From Spirochaetia bacterium (GTDB taxonomy: Bacteria > Spirochaetota > Spirochaetia > SZUA-6 > Bin103), in assembly GCA_965199955.1 (NCBI GenBank), contig CBDATQ010000002.1, positions 224,001 to 288,000 on the forward strand: 64,000 bases of DNA, read 5' to 3'. The position numbers and the translations under genes were made by a program. The notes below the pieces were generated by a model. That model was not told the origin of the DNA. It searched no databases and worked only from the letters and a program-made list of their open reading frames with translations. This document shows, one piece after another, positions 30,040-39,557 of this stretch (position 1 is the stretch's first letter; every line of letters begins with the position of its first letter).

Positions 30040-30049
30040 CCGGCTTCGG

Positions 30050-31432
30050 TCAGTCCCAGAAAGCCGGGCCGTAGGGGGTCGCCATCTCGCCGGAGGCGTC
30101 GCGCGCCGCCGCGAGCTCCGCGCGCATCGCCTGCAGGCGATGCCGCTGCTCCGGGTGCCCGGCCAGGTCGCTCATCTCCCAGGGATCGGCCTCCAGGTCG
30201 AACAACTGCGTCACCGTCCCGTCGCCGGCCCGGTACTCGATGAGCTTGTAGCGGCGGTCCTTGATCGCGCGCTGACTGTCCCAGTAGGCGAGGTAGAGCC
30301 GCTCACGTGCGTGGTGGTCCCGGTCGGCCAGCGCCGGAGCCAGCGAGCGGCCGGTGACGCTGTCGGGGACGGGCAGGCCGGTCAGATCGCAGAGCGTCGG
30401 GAAGATGTCCAGCAGATAGGCGTAGCTGTCGCGCGTCTGGCCCCGCGGCACGCCGGGGCCGGCGAAGATCAGCGGCACCCGCACGGAGTGTTCGTAGAGG
30501 TTCTGCTTGCCCATCAGGCCGTGCTGGCCGACTGCCAGCCCGTTGTCGCCGGCCATGACGATGATCGTGTCGTCGGCAAGACCGCGCTCCTCCAGCGCGT
30601 CGAGCAGCCGGCCGGTCTCCGCGTCCAGGTGGGTGATCATCGCGTAGTACTCGGCGATGTGGCGCCGCACCTCCGCCTCGTCGCGCGGGTGCGCGGCCAG
30701 CAGCTCGTCGCGGATGTCCAGCGCGCCGTTGTCGAACGGATGATGTGGGAGGAAGTTGGGCGGCAGCGTCAGCCGTTCCGGGTCGTAGCGGCGCAGGTAC
30801 TCGGCCGGCATGACGCGCGGGTCGTGCGGTGCCATGAACGACACGTACATCAGGAACGGGGCCGACGCATCGGTGTGCCGGAGCCGCTCGATCGCCGCGT
30901 CGCAGAACAGCCGGCTGGAGTGCACGCCGGCGCGGATCCCGTCGCCGCGGCGGACGCGCACCTCGTTCGAGGAGAGCCACTCCGGTACCTGCGGCAGCGT
31001 GCCGGCGTAGCGCCCGGTCGGGTCGTAGCGGAAGGCCGGCACGTTCCAGTGGTCCTCCATGCCGCCGAGGAAGATCTCGGCGCCGTCCTGGAAGCTGCGG
31101 TTGAAGCTCGCCGAGCCGTTGTGCCACTTGCCGGTGCCCCACGTGCGGTAGCCGTGGCGGGCGAGATGCTCGCCGAGCAGCACGTGGCCGGCGGGGATGT
31201 CCTCGCCCGTACCTTCGATCCGGAACAGGTCGCGCCCGGTGTGCAGCATCGCCCGGCTCGGCATGCAGATCGCGCCGGTGGTGCCGCCGGGGATGTGCGC
31301 GTGGGTGAAGGCCGTGCCGCGCTCCATCAGGCGGTCGAGGTGCGGCGTGTGGACCTCGACCGCGCCCAGGGCGCCGATCGTGTCGAAGCGCTGGTCGTCC
31401 GTGAACAGGACCAGGATGTTCGGCGGTGCCAT
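30050..31432 (-). CDS. Sulfatase (choline-sulfatase-like, Cys-type)
   Basis: PNILVLFTDDQ, CMPSRAMLHTG, GKWH, APHDP, GKQNLYEHSVRVP. Confidence 0.93.
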   Translation of the reverse strand: MAPPNILVLFTDDQRFDTIGALGAVEVHTPHLDRLMERGTAFTHAHIPGGTTGAICMPSRAMLHTGRDLFRIEGTGEDIPAGHVLLGEHLARHGYRTWGTGKWHNGSASFNRSFQDGAEIFLGGMEDHWNVPAFRYDPTGRYAGTLPQVPEWLSSNEVRVRRGDGIRAGVHSSRLFCDAAIERLRHTDASAPFLMYVSFMAPHDPRVMPAEYLRRYDPERLTLPPNFLPHHPFDNGALDIRDELLAAHPRDEAEVRRHIAEYYAMITHLDAETGRLLDALEERGLADDTIIVMAGDNGLAVGQHGLMGKQNLYEHSVRVPLIFAGPGVPRGQTRDSYAYLLDIFPTLCDLTGLPVPDSVTGRSLAPALADRDHHARERLYLAYWDSQRAIKDRRYKLIEYRAGDGTVTQLFDLEADPWEMSDLAGHPEQRHRLQAMRAELAAARDASGEMATPYGPAFWD

Positions 31433-31437
31433 CGGGG

Positions 31438-32325
31438 TCAGCCCACCGGCAGGGTGCGTCCGCTGTGGGCGCGGCCGATGCGGGCGACTTCTTCGCGCCC
31501 GCTGGACACGACGCGTATGCCGCGGTCGATCTGACGGGTGATGTTGTCGGCCGTGCCACCCCCCAGGAACGCCACGCCGTTGGCGGCGCAGGCGGCGCGC
31601 ACCCGTTCGTTCGCTTCGATCACCCGCGGGTCGTACTGCCCCTCGACGCGTTCCACGCCGTAGGACATGTGCAGGTCGCCGGGACCGCACTCTGCGAACC
31701 CCAGCCCGGGCACGGCCACCATCTGCTCGATGTGGGCCACCCCGCGCACCGACTCCACCTTGATGCCCAGCAGCAATTCGCCGTCGGGATTGAGCGGCCA
31801 CGGGTCGCACCTGGCGACGTACTCGTCGATCTCGACGCCCCAGATGGTCGCCGCCTCCGGCTCGGAGCCGACCCCGCGGGTGCCGCGCTCCAACCCGGCG
31901 CCAACGCCTGCCATGTTGCGCGGGTAACGGCACGACTCCACGAAGGCGCGCACGGCGTCGGGCGTCTCCGCCTGGCACAGCAGGATGCCGTGCACGCCGC
32001 GTGCCAGGATCTGCCGGAACTGCCAGGCGTTGTAGCGGACCACGGGCTCGCTGGTGCCGTCGACGGGCGGCTCGACGATGACGGTGGGCGTGCGGTGCCC
32101 GCTCGCGGTCGGCCCGCCGGCGACCAGCCCCTGCATGTAATGGGCCAGGCCGGTGAGGTCGAAGCAGCCGTGCTCCATGCCGACGTTGAAATAGTCGGCC
32201 CAGGTGTGCGCGTCCTGCATGCCCTGTTCGTGGGTCAGCACCGCGCCGGTGTGGCCGCCGATGTAGTAGACGGGCTGGTCGGCGGCCAGCAGCTCGATGG
32301 CTCGGTTGATGCGGTGATCGCTCAT
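31438..32325 (-). CDS. HpcH/HpaI aldolase family protein
   Basis: MEHG, QILARGVHGI, CRYP..G.RG.G, IKVES..GV, GPGDLHMS. Confidence 0.85.
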   Translation of the reverse strand: MSDHRINRAIELLAADQPVYYIGGHTGAVLTHEQGMQDAHTWADYFNVGMEHGCFDLTGLAHYMQGLVAGGPTASGHRTPTVIVEPPVDGTSEPVVRYNAWQFRQILARGVHGILLCQAETPDAVRAFVESCRYPRNMAGVGAGLERGTRGVGSEPEAATIWGVEIDEYVARCDPWPLNPDGELLLGIKVESVRGVAHIEQMVAVPGLGFAECGPGDLHMSYGVERVEGQYDPRVIEANERVRAACAANGVAFLGGGTADNITRQIDRGIRVVSSGREEVARIGRAHSGRTLPVG

Positions 32326-32332
32326 ACGCTCG

Positions 32333-33445
32333 CTACGCCTCCGCGTCCATCTCCGCCAGCTCCACCCAGGTGCCGCGCTTCACCGACGCGACCGCCGCCT
32401 CGGTGAATACCTGCGTGCGCCAGCCGTCGTACAGCCCCGGATGATCGCACTCGGCGCCCGCGGCGCGCTCGGCCAGCGCCGGCAGCACGAAGCTGGCCCA
32501 GCGGTTGACCGGATCCTCCGGGATCTCCTCGACGCCGATCTCGCCGTCCGCGTCGACCAGGCTGACGGTATGGCGGATGCGGTCGATCGACACCGATGCC
32601 TCGCTGCCGTGCAGCTCCACCTCCGGCGCCAGCCCCTTGCGCAGCACCGGTGCGTGCGACAGCAGCAACGCGCCGACGGCGCCGTTGTGGAACTCCCAGA
32701 TGATCGCCGCATAGTCGTAGGCCGTGCCGGCGCGGGTGCGCGTGGCTGCGGACGTGGGGTTGGACGCTCCCCAATCGAGGGCCTCGGCCAGGTCGATCGG
32801 CCCCAGATCGGGCTTGGGAGGTGTCAGCGTCCTGGCCTGCGTGACCACCCGCCGCGCCTCACAGCCGATCAGCCAGCGCACGGCGTCGTAGGCGTGCGAG
32901 CCGACGTCGGCGACGCTGCCGGCGGTGGACAGGCTGGCGTCGTCCCGCCAGGTGAAGGGGATCGCCGCAGGGCGCGTGTTGTGCCAGCGGTACACGATCA
33001 CCTTCGGCTCGCCGAGCGTTCCGGCGTCGAGCAGCTCCTTGACGCGGCGGAACTTCGGCTCGTACCTCGTCCAGAACGGGACGTAGTGCGCCAGCCCGCT
33101 GTCGCGGTAGGCGCGCCAGATCTCGTACGCCTCGCCGACGTCGGCGCCCACCGGTTTGTCGCAGAACAGGTGCTTGCCCGCGGCGGCCGCGGCTAGGGCC
33201 GGTTCGCGGTGCAGGCGGTCGGGCGTCGTCACCACCACCAGGTCGACCTCCGGGTGGTCCACCACCTGCCGCCAGTCGTCGGTGATGAAGCTGCACCCGT
33301 CGGCCTGCGCCGCCGCCTGTAGCCGGTCGCGCCGGCGTGCGCACAGCGCGACGATGCGCGCGGCGTCGGGTGCGCCGCGTATCTCTTCCCGGTACGGGGT
33401 GCCGATGTAGCCGGTCGCCCCGATCACTCCGGCGTGAAACTTCAT
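32333..33445 (-). CDS. Gfo/Idh/MocA family oxidoreductase
   Basis: GVIGATGYIG, TPDRLH, AGKHLFCDKP, DVGSHAYD. Confidence 0.9.
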   Translation of the reverse strand: MKFHAGVIGATGYIGTPYREEIRGAPDAARIVALCARRRDRLQAAAQADGCSFITDDWRQVVDHPEVDLVVVTTPDRLHREPALAAAAAGKHLFCDKPVGADVGEAYEIWRAYRDSGLAHYVPFWTRYEPKFRRVKELLDAGTLGEPKVIVYRWHNTRPAAIPFTWRDDASLSTAGSVADVGSHAYDAVRWLIGCEARRVVTQARTLTPPKPDLGPIDLAEALDWGASNPTSAATRTRAGTAYDYAAIIWEFHNGAVGALLLSHAPVLRKGLAPEVELHGSEASVSIDRIRHTVSLVDADGEIGVEEIPEDPVNRWASFVLPALAERAAGAECDHPGLYDGWRTQVFTEAAVASVKRGTWVELAEMDAEA

Positions 33446-34197
33446 GGCGTCGGGTTCTCCTCGAGGTGCCGGCGGAACCAGGCCAGGCTGCCCCGCCACT
33501 GAGCGTCCTCGAACGCGTGGGCGACGCCGTCGCGCAGCACCGCCTCGATCCGCTCCGGGCAGCCGGCGTAGATCTCCCGGCGCAGGGCATCGACGAAGCG
33601 CACCGAGCCGTCGGGGGGCACCTGCCGGTCGAGCGCGCCGTTCTGGAAGCTGATCGCCGGCGTGTGCCGGTAGGCGTCCAGGTTGGTGAGCGGGTTGCGC
33701 CGCCGGTAGTCCTCCCGGGCTGCCGCGTCGGGCTCGCCGGGCGGCTCGAAGGAACCGGGGCGCAGCCAGTCGGGCGTGGCTATACCCGCCGCCACCGCCT
33801 GGATGCGGTGATCGAGGGCGGCGGCCGCCACCGAGGCGTCGCCGCCGGCCGAGATGCCGCCCATGCCGACCCGCCCGTCCACGCCGAGCCGCTCGACGGC
33901 CCAGTCGATCACCTGCGTCACGTCCTCGGCGGTGCGCGCCAGGATCGGCCAGAAGTGGCGGCGGATGTTGCCCTTGATGCGGGCGCGCAGCTCGTCGAGC
34001 GCCTCCACCATGCGCTCACCGTGCTGGTGCGGATCGTACGCGAGCGCCACGAAACCCGCGGCGGCGAGGTCCGCCAGGTAGGGCTCCATCTTCTCCTTGC
34101 TGCCGCTGAATCCCGGCAGCCAGATCACCAGCGTCCGCTGCGTCCGCTCCGGCTCGATCCATGCGACGGGGACATCGCCCGCCCGGTCCTTCCGCAT
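33442..34197 (-). CDS. Alpha/beta hydrolase (esterase / peptidase S9-like)
   Basis: HGER, nucleophile GISAGG, GALDRQV, VAH. Confidence 0.85.
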   Translation of the reverse strand: MRKDRAGDVPVAWIEPERTQRTLVIWLPGFSGSKEKMEPYLADLAAAGFVALAYDPHQHGERMVEALDELRARIKGNIRRHFWPILARTAEDVTQVIDWAVERLGVDGRVGMGGISAGGDASVAAAALDHRIQAVAAGIATPDWLRPGSFEPPGEPDAAAREDYRRRNPLTNLDAYRHTPAISFQNGALDRQVPPDGSVRFVDALRREIYAGCPERIEAVLRDGVAHAFEDAQWRGSLAWFRRHLEENPTP

Positions 34198-34248
34198 CCG
34201 CGCCAGCTTATCACCGCGGGCCGTCGATCCCCGGGGCGTGCTCGCCGG

Positions 34249-34563
34249 TCAGCCCAGGTCGAGCGCGAAGCGAACCGCGGTCGCGACCTGATCCATCACT
34301 CCCGGCGAGAGCGTCGTGATCAGGGCACCGAGCTTGCCCCGCTGCACGGTCTGCACGTGGTCACAGTTCACGGCACACTCGCGCGGCAGTCCGTCCTCCA
34401 CGGAGAGGAGCACCTCGCTCGGAATGTCGCGGATCCGGGTGGTGACGGGTGCCACGGTCACCTCCCCCAGGAACGGGATGATCGAGTCGCGGGTCAGGAC
34501 CAGAACGGGGCGCCGCTTGTCCGGCGAAGCGAATCGATACCAGCGAACTTCCGCGCGCTTCAC
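34249..34563 (-). CDS. mazF: MazF/PemK toxin
   Basis: VKRAEVRWY..PDKRRPVLVLTR..VTVAPVTT.IR.IPSEV..AVNCDHVQTV..AVRFAL. Confidence 0.9.
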   Translation of the reverse strand: MKRAEVRWYRFASPDKRRPVLVLTRDSIIPFLGEVTVAPVTTRIRDIPSEVLLSVEDGLPRECAVNCDHVQTVQRGKLGALITTLSPGVMDQVATAVRFALDLG

Positions 34564-34585
34564 CGTCAGCCTTCGGCAGAGCCGG

Positions 34586-34837
34586 TCATTCGCTGTCGTT
34601 CCATGGCTCGTCACCCCACGCCCGGTCCCCTTCGGGAACGTCGAATTCTCCGGGTGACGTCCGGTGCCTCCGGTACCCGGCGACATGGCGTGCCTCGAGC
34701 TCCGCTTCCTCGTGGCGCTGCAGCGCCGAACGGAGCGCGTCGCGCGTGAACGACGACCTGGTGGTACGGAGCTTCCTGGCGACTTGGTCGACCTTGGCAA
34801 GCAACTCGGCATCCATCGTCATCTGTACGGTCGGCAT
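34586..34837 (-). CDS. RHH/CopG antitoxin
   Basis: MPTVQMTMD..LL..VD..RS.FTRDALR..GYRR; upstream of mazF; TAGCAT box 7 nt before ATG with TAGCTAT repeats. Confidence 0.85.
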   Translation of the reverse strand: MPTVQMTMDAELLAKVDQVARKLRTTRSSFTRDALRSALQRHEEAELEARHVAGYRRHRTSPGEFDVPEGDRAWGDEPWNDSE

Positions 34838-34944
34838 AGCTATGATGCTAGCTATAGTAATCGCTACGCTGCAAGCGCGCGCACGTCAGCGTGCCGGCTA
34901 TCCGTCGACCTGCGCTTCCGCGCACAATCGAATCGGAGGCACTG

Positions 34945-35730
34945 ATGGCGACGCGCATGCAGCCGGCCGGCCTGGACCTGGTGGACGAGAGCGCCCCCGA
35001 CTCGCAGCGGGTGGCCGTGCTGGAGGCGCCGTACCGGATCACCACGGCCCGCGCGCGGATCCCCGAACCGGGCGACGACGAGGTGCGGGTCAAGGTCAGG
35101 TGGGTCGGCGTGTGCGGCTCCGACGTCGAGGTGTATCGCGGCACCCGCAGGCCCGAGTGGCTGTCCCTGCCCGCGCGGCTCGGCCACGAGGTGGCGGGCG
35201 TGATCGACAAGCTGGGCGCGCACGTGCGCGGCCTGGCCGTCGGCGGCCCGGTGATCTGCCGCTACATCTGGGGCGGCTTCGCCGAGTACGTGGTCTGCCG
35301 GCCCTTCAACGTGATGAAGCTGCCGCCGGGGTTCCCGCTCAAGGAGGCCAGCCTGATCGAGATCCTGCCCGGCATCCTGCACGCGGCCGAGCTGTCGCGC
35401 ATCGATCCGGGCACGAACGTGCTGATCATGGGCCAGGGCGTCAGCGGCCTGACCCTGACCCAGGTGATCTCCCTGTTCAGCCCCGGGAACCTGGCCGTGA
35501 CCGATCTCAAGGAGCGCAACCTGGAGCTGGCACGACGGTACGGGGCGACGCACGCCTACCGGCTGCCGACGCCGCAGACACCGACCATGGAGGTGGCAGG
35601 CGAGGACTTCCCGGCAGGGTTCGACGTCGTCATCCGTGCCTGATCATCCACACCACGGAGCCGCGGCGCGACATCGACATGCGGCGCTTCTTTCAGGAGG
35701 GCGTGCAGCTCGTGATGGACGGCCTGGATT
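34945..35730 (+). pseudogene. Zinc-dependent alcohol dehydrogenase (MDR), frameshifted/deleted and 3'-truncated
   Basis: GVCGSD, LGHE.AG, GQGVSG; frame breaks at FDVVI near 35635, resumes as IHTTEPRRDIDMRRFFQEG and runs into the DUF4276-like gene stop. Confidence 0.75.
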
Positions 35731-36343
35731 ACGAAGTTGCGAGGATCTTCCCAAGATCATCAAACAGCCGCTTGCAGTGCCCGCATCGAGAGGTCACCGC
35801 CGAGACATCGATCCGCTTCAGCAGGTCGCTCGCGTGCTTGATCTTGTGGTAACGGCCCTTGCCGGTGGCCTGCGTCGCTTGGCGCAGGCCGCGCTCCAGG
35901 TCTTGCTTGGACACTTCTTCGAGGTTCCGTGTCTTCGGCAACGCGGCGAGCCGAAAGCCCTGCCCGTAGTACCTCGCGAGCGCCGACGGATCCGCGACGA
36001 TCCACGCCTCCATCGCCTGCACCATGAGATGTATCCGGTCCTCGGTTATCGTACGAAGGTCCCATCCGTCGCGACTCCGCAGGTGATCACGGGCGGGCTG
36101 TTTCATCGGTCCTTCGGCGTCTACCAGCAGTATGCATACGCTGCCGTCGCCGTGATCAAGGGCATTCCGAAAGCCACGATGGGCTTCGTTGCGCGATCCG
36201 CAGCAGACCAGCCTCCAGCGCCAGGATTTGTCGCGGGCCGCTTGTTTGAGCGGCTCAAGGAACGTGTCCATGCCCTGACGGAGGGCTGCTCTGGCGGACG
36301 CTCCGTCTCCACCGCCTTCCATGTAGACGGCAACGCCGCTCAC
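35729..36343 (-). CDS. DUF4276-like (TOPRIM-like) protein
   Basis: VYMEGGG, CGSR..A, LLVDAE (DxE), MVQAMEAWIVAD, YHKIKHA; overlaps the ATPase stop. Confidence 0.75.
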   Translation of the reverse strand: MSGVAVYMEGGGDGASARAALRQGMDTFLEPLKQAARDKSWRWRLVCCGSRNEAHRGFRNALDHGDGSVCILLVDAEGPMKQPARDHLRSRDGWDLRTITEDRIHLMVQAMEAWIVADPSALARYYGQGFRLAALPKTRNLEEVSKQDLERGLRQATQATGKGRYHKIKHASDLLKRIDVSAVTSRCGHCKRLFDDLGKILATS

Positions 36344-37521
36344 GGGTTGGCCCCGAGCTCGCCCATGCGCCACAGATCGCCCAGACGATATTCGTCTAAC
36401 CACTTCACCAGCTTCTCGGGCTCCAGACGACGCAACACGGTGCGCGGTCCGATGCGTTCGCAGGCGACGATGGCATCCGGATGGCTGGTCAGTGCGGATA
36501 CCAGGGCGTCGGAGTGTGTCGTGACCACGAGTTGCATCCTCTCCGAGGCTTCAACCAGCAGGCTGGCGAGCAGAGCAACCGCGTCCGGATGCAATCCAAG
36601 CTCCGGTTCCTCGATGCATACAAGCGGTGGCGGCGACGGGGATAGTAGTGTCGCGAGCAGCGCAACGAATCGGATGGTCCCATCGGACAGTCGAGTTGCC
36701 GGGATCGGCGTACCGAAGCCTGATTCATGCAGGTAGAATTGCACCGTACCGCCGGACACCTTGGTCGACATTCTCTCGAAACGTGGGAAGAATTGCCTTA
36801 GCAGATCGTCCATCCGTGTGTCACCGAGATGTTGAATCTGATTCAGCACCAAGGCCAAGTTGCGGCTATCCGGGAGCAAGTCGTCTTCCGGAAGGTCGGC
36901 TGGTTGTGGCTCGCGAAGCGGAACATAGCGACCGAACGTCCATTCGCGAAAGGTGCGGATGGCCCCGAACGTCTTGCCTGCCCACGTGACTTCAGGGTAC
37001 TCATCGGGATCCTTTCGCTGCGCCAATACCGACTGGTCTGGAAGCAAGTCCTGGCGCTGAAGGCGTCTCTGGAGTATTTCGCCCACGGGATCCTTGATAT
37101 TGAGGACCGGGTACCCGCGCTGAAAGCGGTAATAGAAGTACACGTCGGGCTTACCCGGCGCCGGCTCCAGCTCCTCTATGGATTCGTCCACGATCTCCAG
37201 GCGGCTTTGAACCGGGGTGAACACGAGCCTGTATCTCAATGGCCGGCCTGTTGGCGTGCCTTCCGACAGCACCGCCTCAATCTGAGCAGACTCCGGCCGG
37301 GATCCGCCTTTCCACAGCCATTCCGCAGGACCTCCGCCATCCCGCACCGTCGCTGCAAGGTCGCGCGGAGTAGATGACAGGAGCTCCAGCGCCTCGATCA
37401 GGTTCGACTTTCCGGACCCGTTTGGTCCGATCAGCACGTTCAGCGCACGTAGCTCAATCGCTGGGGAACGGGGCGGGAACGACAGAAAGCCGTCAAGTCG
37501 CAGCTCCCGTATGGTTCTCAC
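36340..37521 (-). CDS. ABC-type AAA_21 / COG4637-like ATPase
   Basis: LNVLIGPNGSGKSN, RLSDGT, CIEEPELGLHPD, VTTHS, LGDLWRMGELG; codon usage visibly less GC-rich. Confidence 0.9.
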   Translation of the reverse strand: MRTIRELRLDGFLSFPPRSPAIELRALNVLIGPNGSGKSNLIEALELLSSTPRDLAATVRDGGGPAEWLWKGGSRPESAQIEAVLSEGTPTGRPLRYRLVFTPVQSRLEIVDESIEELEPAPGKPDVYFYYRFQRGYPVLNIKDPVGEILQRRLQRQDLLPDQSVLAQRKDPDEYPEVTWAGKTFGAIRTFREWTFGRYVPLREPQPADLPEDDLLPDSRNLALVLNQIQHLGDTRMDDLLRQFFPRFERMSTKVSGGTVQFYLHESGFGTPIPATRLSDGTIRFVALLATLLSPSPPPLVCIEEPELGLHPDAVALLASLLVEASERMQLVVTTHSDALVSALTSHPDAIVACERIGPRTVLRRLEPEKLVKWLDEYRLGDLWRMGELGANP

Positions 37522-37600
37522 GGCCGTCGCTCAGATAGTGGCACATTCGTTCCTCCAGCGCTACCGCGGGCCCATGGTGAACCGCTGTTTCACGCTCCCG

Positions 37601-38494
37601 CTACGGTCCCAGGCGGCGGATCGGGTTGTAGCCGAAGGCGCGCCGCGCCCGGTCGATGGACAGCAGCGACGCGCGGCCTTCCAGCGGAGGGTCGACCGTC
37701 GCGGCCAGGTCAGGCCGGAAGCGGGCCAGCAGCTCCATGGTCGGCTCCGGACACTGGGTGTCCCCGGCGGCCAGCGTGTAGACGCCGATGCCGGGAATGT
37801 CCGGAGCCTCCAGCGCCAGCGTCAGGCCGCGCACGACGTCGTCCACGTGCACCCACTGGTAGAGCAGGTCCGACCACGCCTGCGTGGGCGGCGGGCCCTC
37901 GGCGAGCTTCTCCCGGTAGCGCTCCTCCGACCAGACGCCGGCGAAGCGGAAGGCCGCCGTGGTCATGCCGTAGGCGCGGTGGTAGGCGGCGCAGGTCTTC
38001 TCGTTGACCAGCTTGCTCAGGCTGTACGGGTCCTCCGGGACGGGATCGAAGTCCTCGTCCAGGGGCATCTTCGTGTAGGGGACGGGCCGGCCGCCGAGAC
38101 GCCAGTGGAAGGTGCCGAAGGCGTTGATGCTCGACGCGCAGAAGAAGCGCCGGACGCCGGCGCGCCGCGCCGTGTCGATGGCCACGAAGGTGCCCAGCGC
38201 GTTGTCGCGGAAGGTCGCCACCCCTATCTCCGGCAGGCCGCGCGGCTCTCCCGCCAGGTGGATGACCGCGTCCATGCCGTCCATGGCCGCCAGCATCGCT
38301 GCCTCGTCGGTGATGTGGGCCTGCACGAACGGCCAGTCGGTCGCGAACGGCGCGACCAGCCGGGTGGTGCCCGCGAACATCGTCGCCTCCTCGGGCCGGG
38401 CTTGATCGAGCAGGCGCAGCTCGTGGTCCGGCTCCAGCTCGCGCATCAGGTTGCGGCCGATGAAGCCGGTGGCGCCCGTGATCAGGACCTTCAT
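37601..38494 (-). CDS. NAD-dependent epimerase/dehydratase
   Basis: MKVLITGATGFIG, IHLAG, ASS, YSLSK. Confidence 0.9.
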   Translation of the reverse strand: MKVLITGATGFIGRNLMRELEPDHELRLLDQARPEEATMFAGTTRLVAPFATDWPFVQAHITDEAAMLAAMDGMDAVIHLAGEPRGLPEIGVATFRDNALGTFVAIDTARRAGVRRFFCASSINAFGTFHWRLGGRPVPYTKMPLDEDFDPVPEDPYSLSKLVNEKTCAAYHRAYGMTTAAFRFAGVWSEERYREKLAEGPPPTQAWSDLLYQWVHVDDVVRGLTLALEAPDIPGIGVYTLAAGDTQCPEPTMELLARFRPDLAATVDPPLEGRASLLSIDRARRAFGYNPIRRLGP

Positions 38495-39492
38495 GCGGCG
38501 CGCTCCCAATCCAGGGTGATGCCCAGGAACGGCTCCGCCTTGGCGGCGATCATGCGGTACATCTCCGGCGCCCGCGAGGCGGGGACCAGGTGGGTGACCA
38601 GGGGCTCCAGGCTGATGAGCCCGCGCGCCATCAGGTCCAGCGTCGCCTCCATGCGCGGCCGCGTCCAGCCGGAGACGAAGTGCGCCGTCAGCTCGTGCTG
38701 CTGCAGCAGCGCCATGTCCGCCCACGTCGTCCCCGGCGTGAAGCCGCAGTAGACGATCTGCCCCTCGCCGCGCGCCAGCAGCGGTGTGTACTGTCGCTGC
38801 GCATCCTCGCTCTGCACGGAATCCAGGACCGCCGTGACGTGCTCGCTCCCCGCGTGGCGGCGGACCGCCTCGACCACCTCCCCGCCGTGGCCGTTCACGA
38901 CCGTGTCCGCGCAGTGCGCGGCGGCCAGCTCCAGCCGCTCGGCGCGGTGGCCGACCAGGGTCACGCGGGCGCCGCGCGCGCGGGCGGCCTGCGCCGCGCA
39001 CTGCCCGATCAGTCCGTCGCCGTACACCACCACCGGGTCTCCCGGCTCGATGCGGGCGCGACTGGCGGCGTTGTAGCCGACCTGCGCCACCACCAGCCCC
39101 GAGGCATCGACGTCGCCCACCCCGCCGGGCAGGGCGAAGAGCTCCGAGGCCAGCGTGTTGCCGACGGCGGCGTGCGCCCCGGACCGCGCCGCCGGGCTGC
39201 CGGGCCAGTCGCTGCGGGTCGCCATCACGCGCTCCCCGACCGACCAGCCGCCGACGCCCGGCCCCAGCGCCTCGACGGTGCCGACCCGCTGGTAGCCGGG
39301 CACGCAGGGGTAGCAGGTGGGGTTCCAGGTGAAGCGGTCGTGCAGGATCCACCCCTCGGTCCCCGCGCTGATGGAGGAGAGGCGGGTGCGCACCCGCACC
39401 TGTCCAGGCTCGGGATCGCTCACCTCGATCTTCTCGAATGCCGCCCTGCCCACGTCGACGAAGACCGCCGCCTCGGTCTCTGCCACCTTCAT
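38491..39492 (-). CDS. MDR-family (zinc-binding-type) dehydrogenase
   Basis: ISAGTE, PGY..VG.V..G, VYGDGLIG, LVTH; AGGAGG RBS. Confidence 0.85.
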   Translation of the reverse strand: MKVAETEAAVFVDVGRAAFEKIEVSDPEPGQVRVRTRLSSISAGTEGWILHDRFTWNPTCYPCVPGYQRVGTVEALGPGVGGWSVGERVMATRSDWPGSPAARSGAHAAVGNTLASELFALPGGVGDVDASGLVVAQVGYNAASRARIEPGDPVVVYGDGLIGQCAAQAARARGARVTLVGHRAERLELAAAHCADTVVNGHGGEVVEAVRRHAGSEHVTAVLDSVQSEDAQRQYTPLLARGEGQIVYCGFTPGTTWADMALLQQHELTAHFVSGWTRPRMEATLDLMARGLISLEPLVTHLVPASRAPEMYRMIAAKAEPFLGITLDWERAA

Positions 39493-39557
39493 CCTCCTTG
39501 CCGGCGCCGCTCTGAGCGACAGTGGAGTCCCACGCCCGTTTCTGGTAGGCATGGGAC

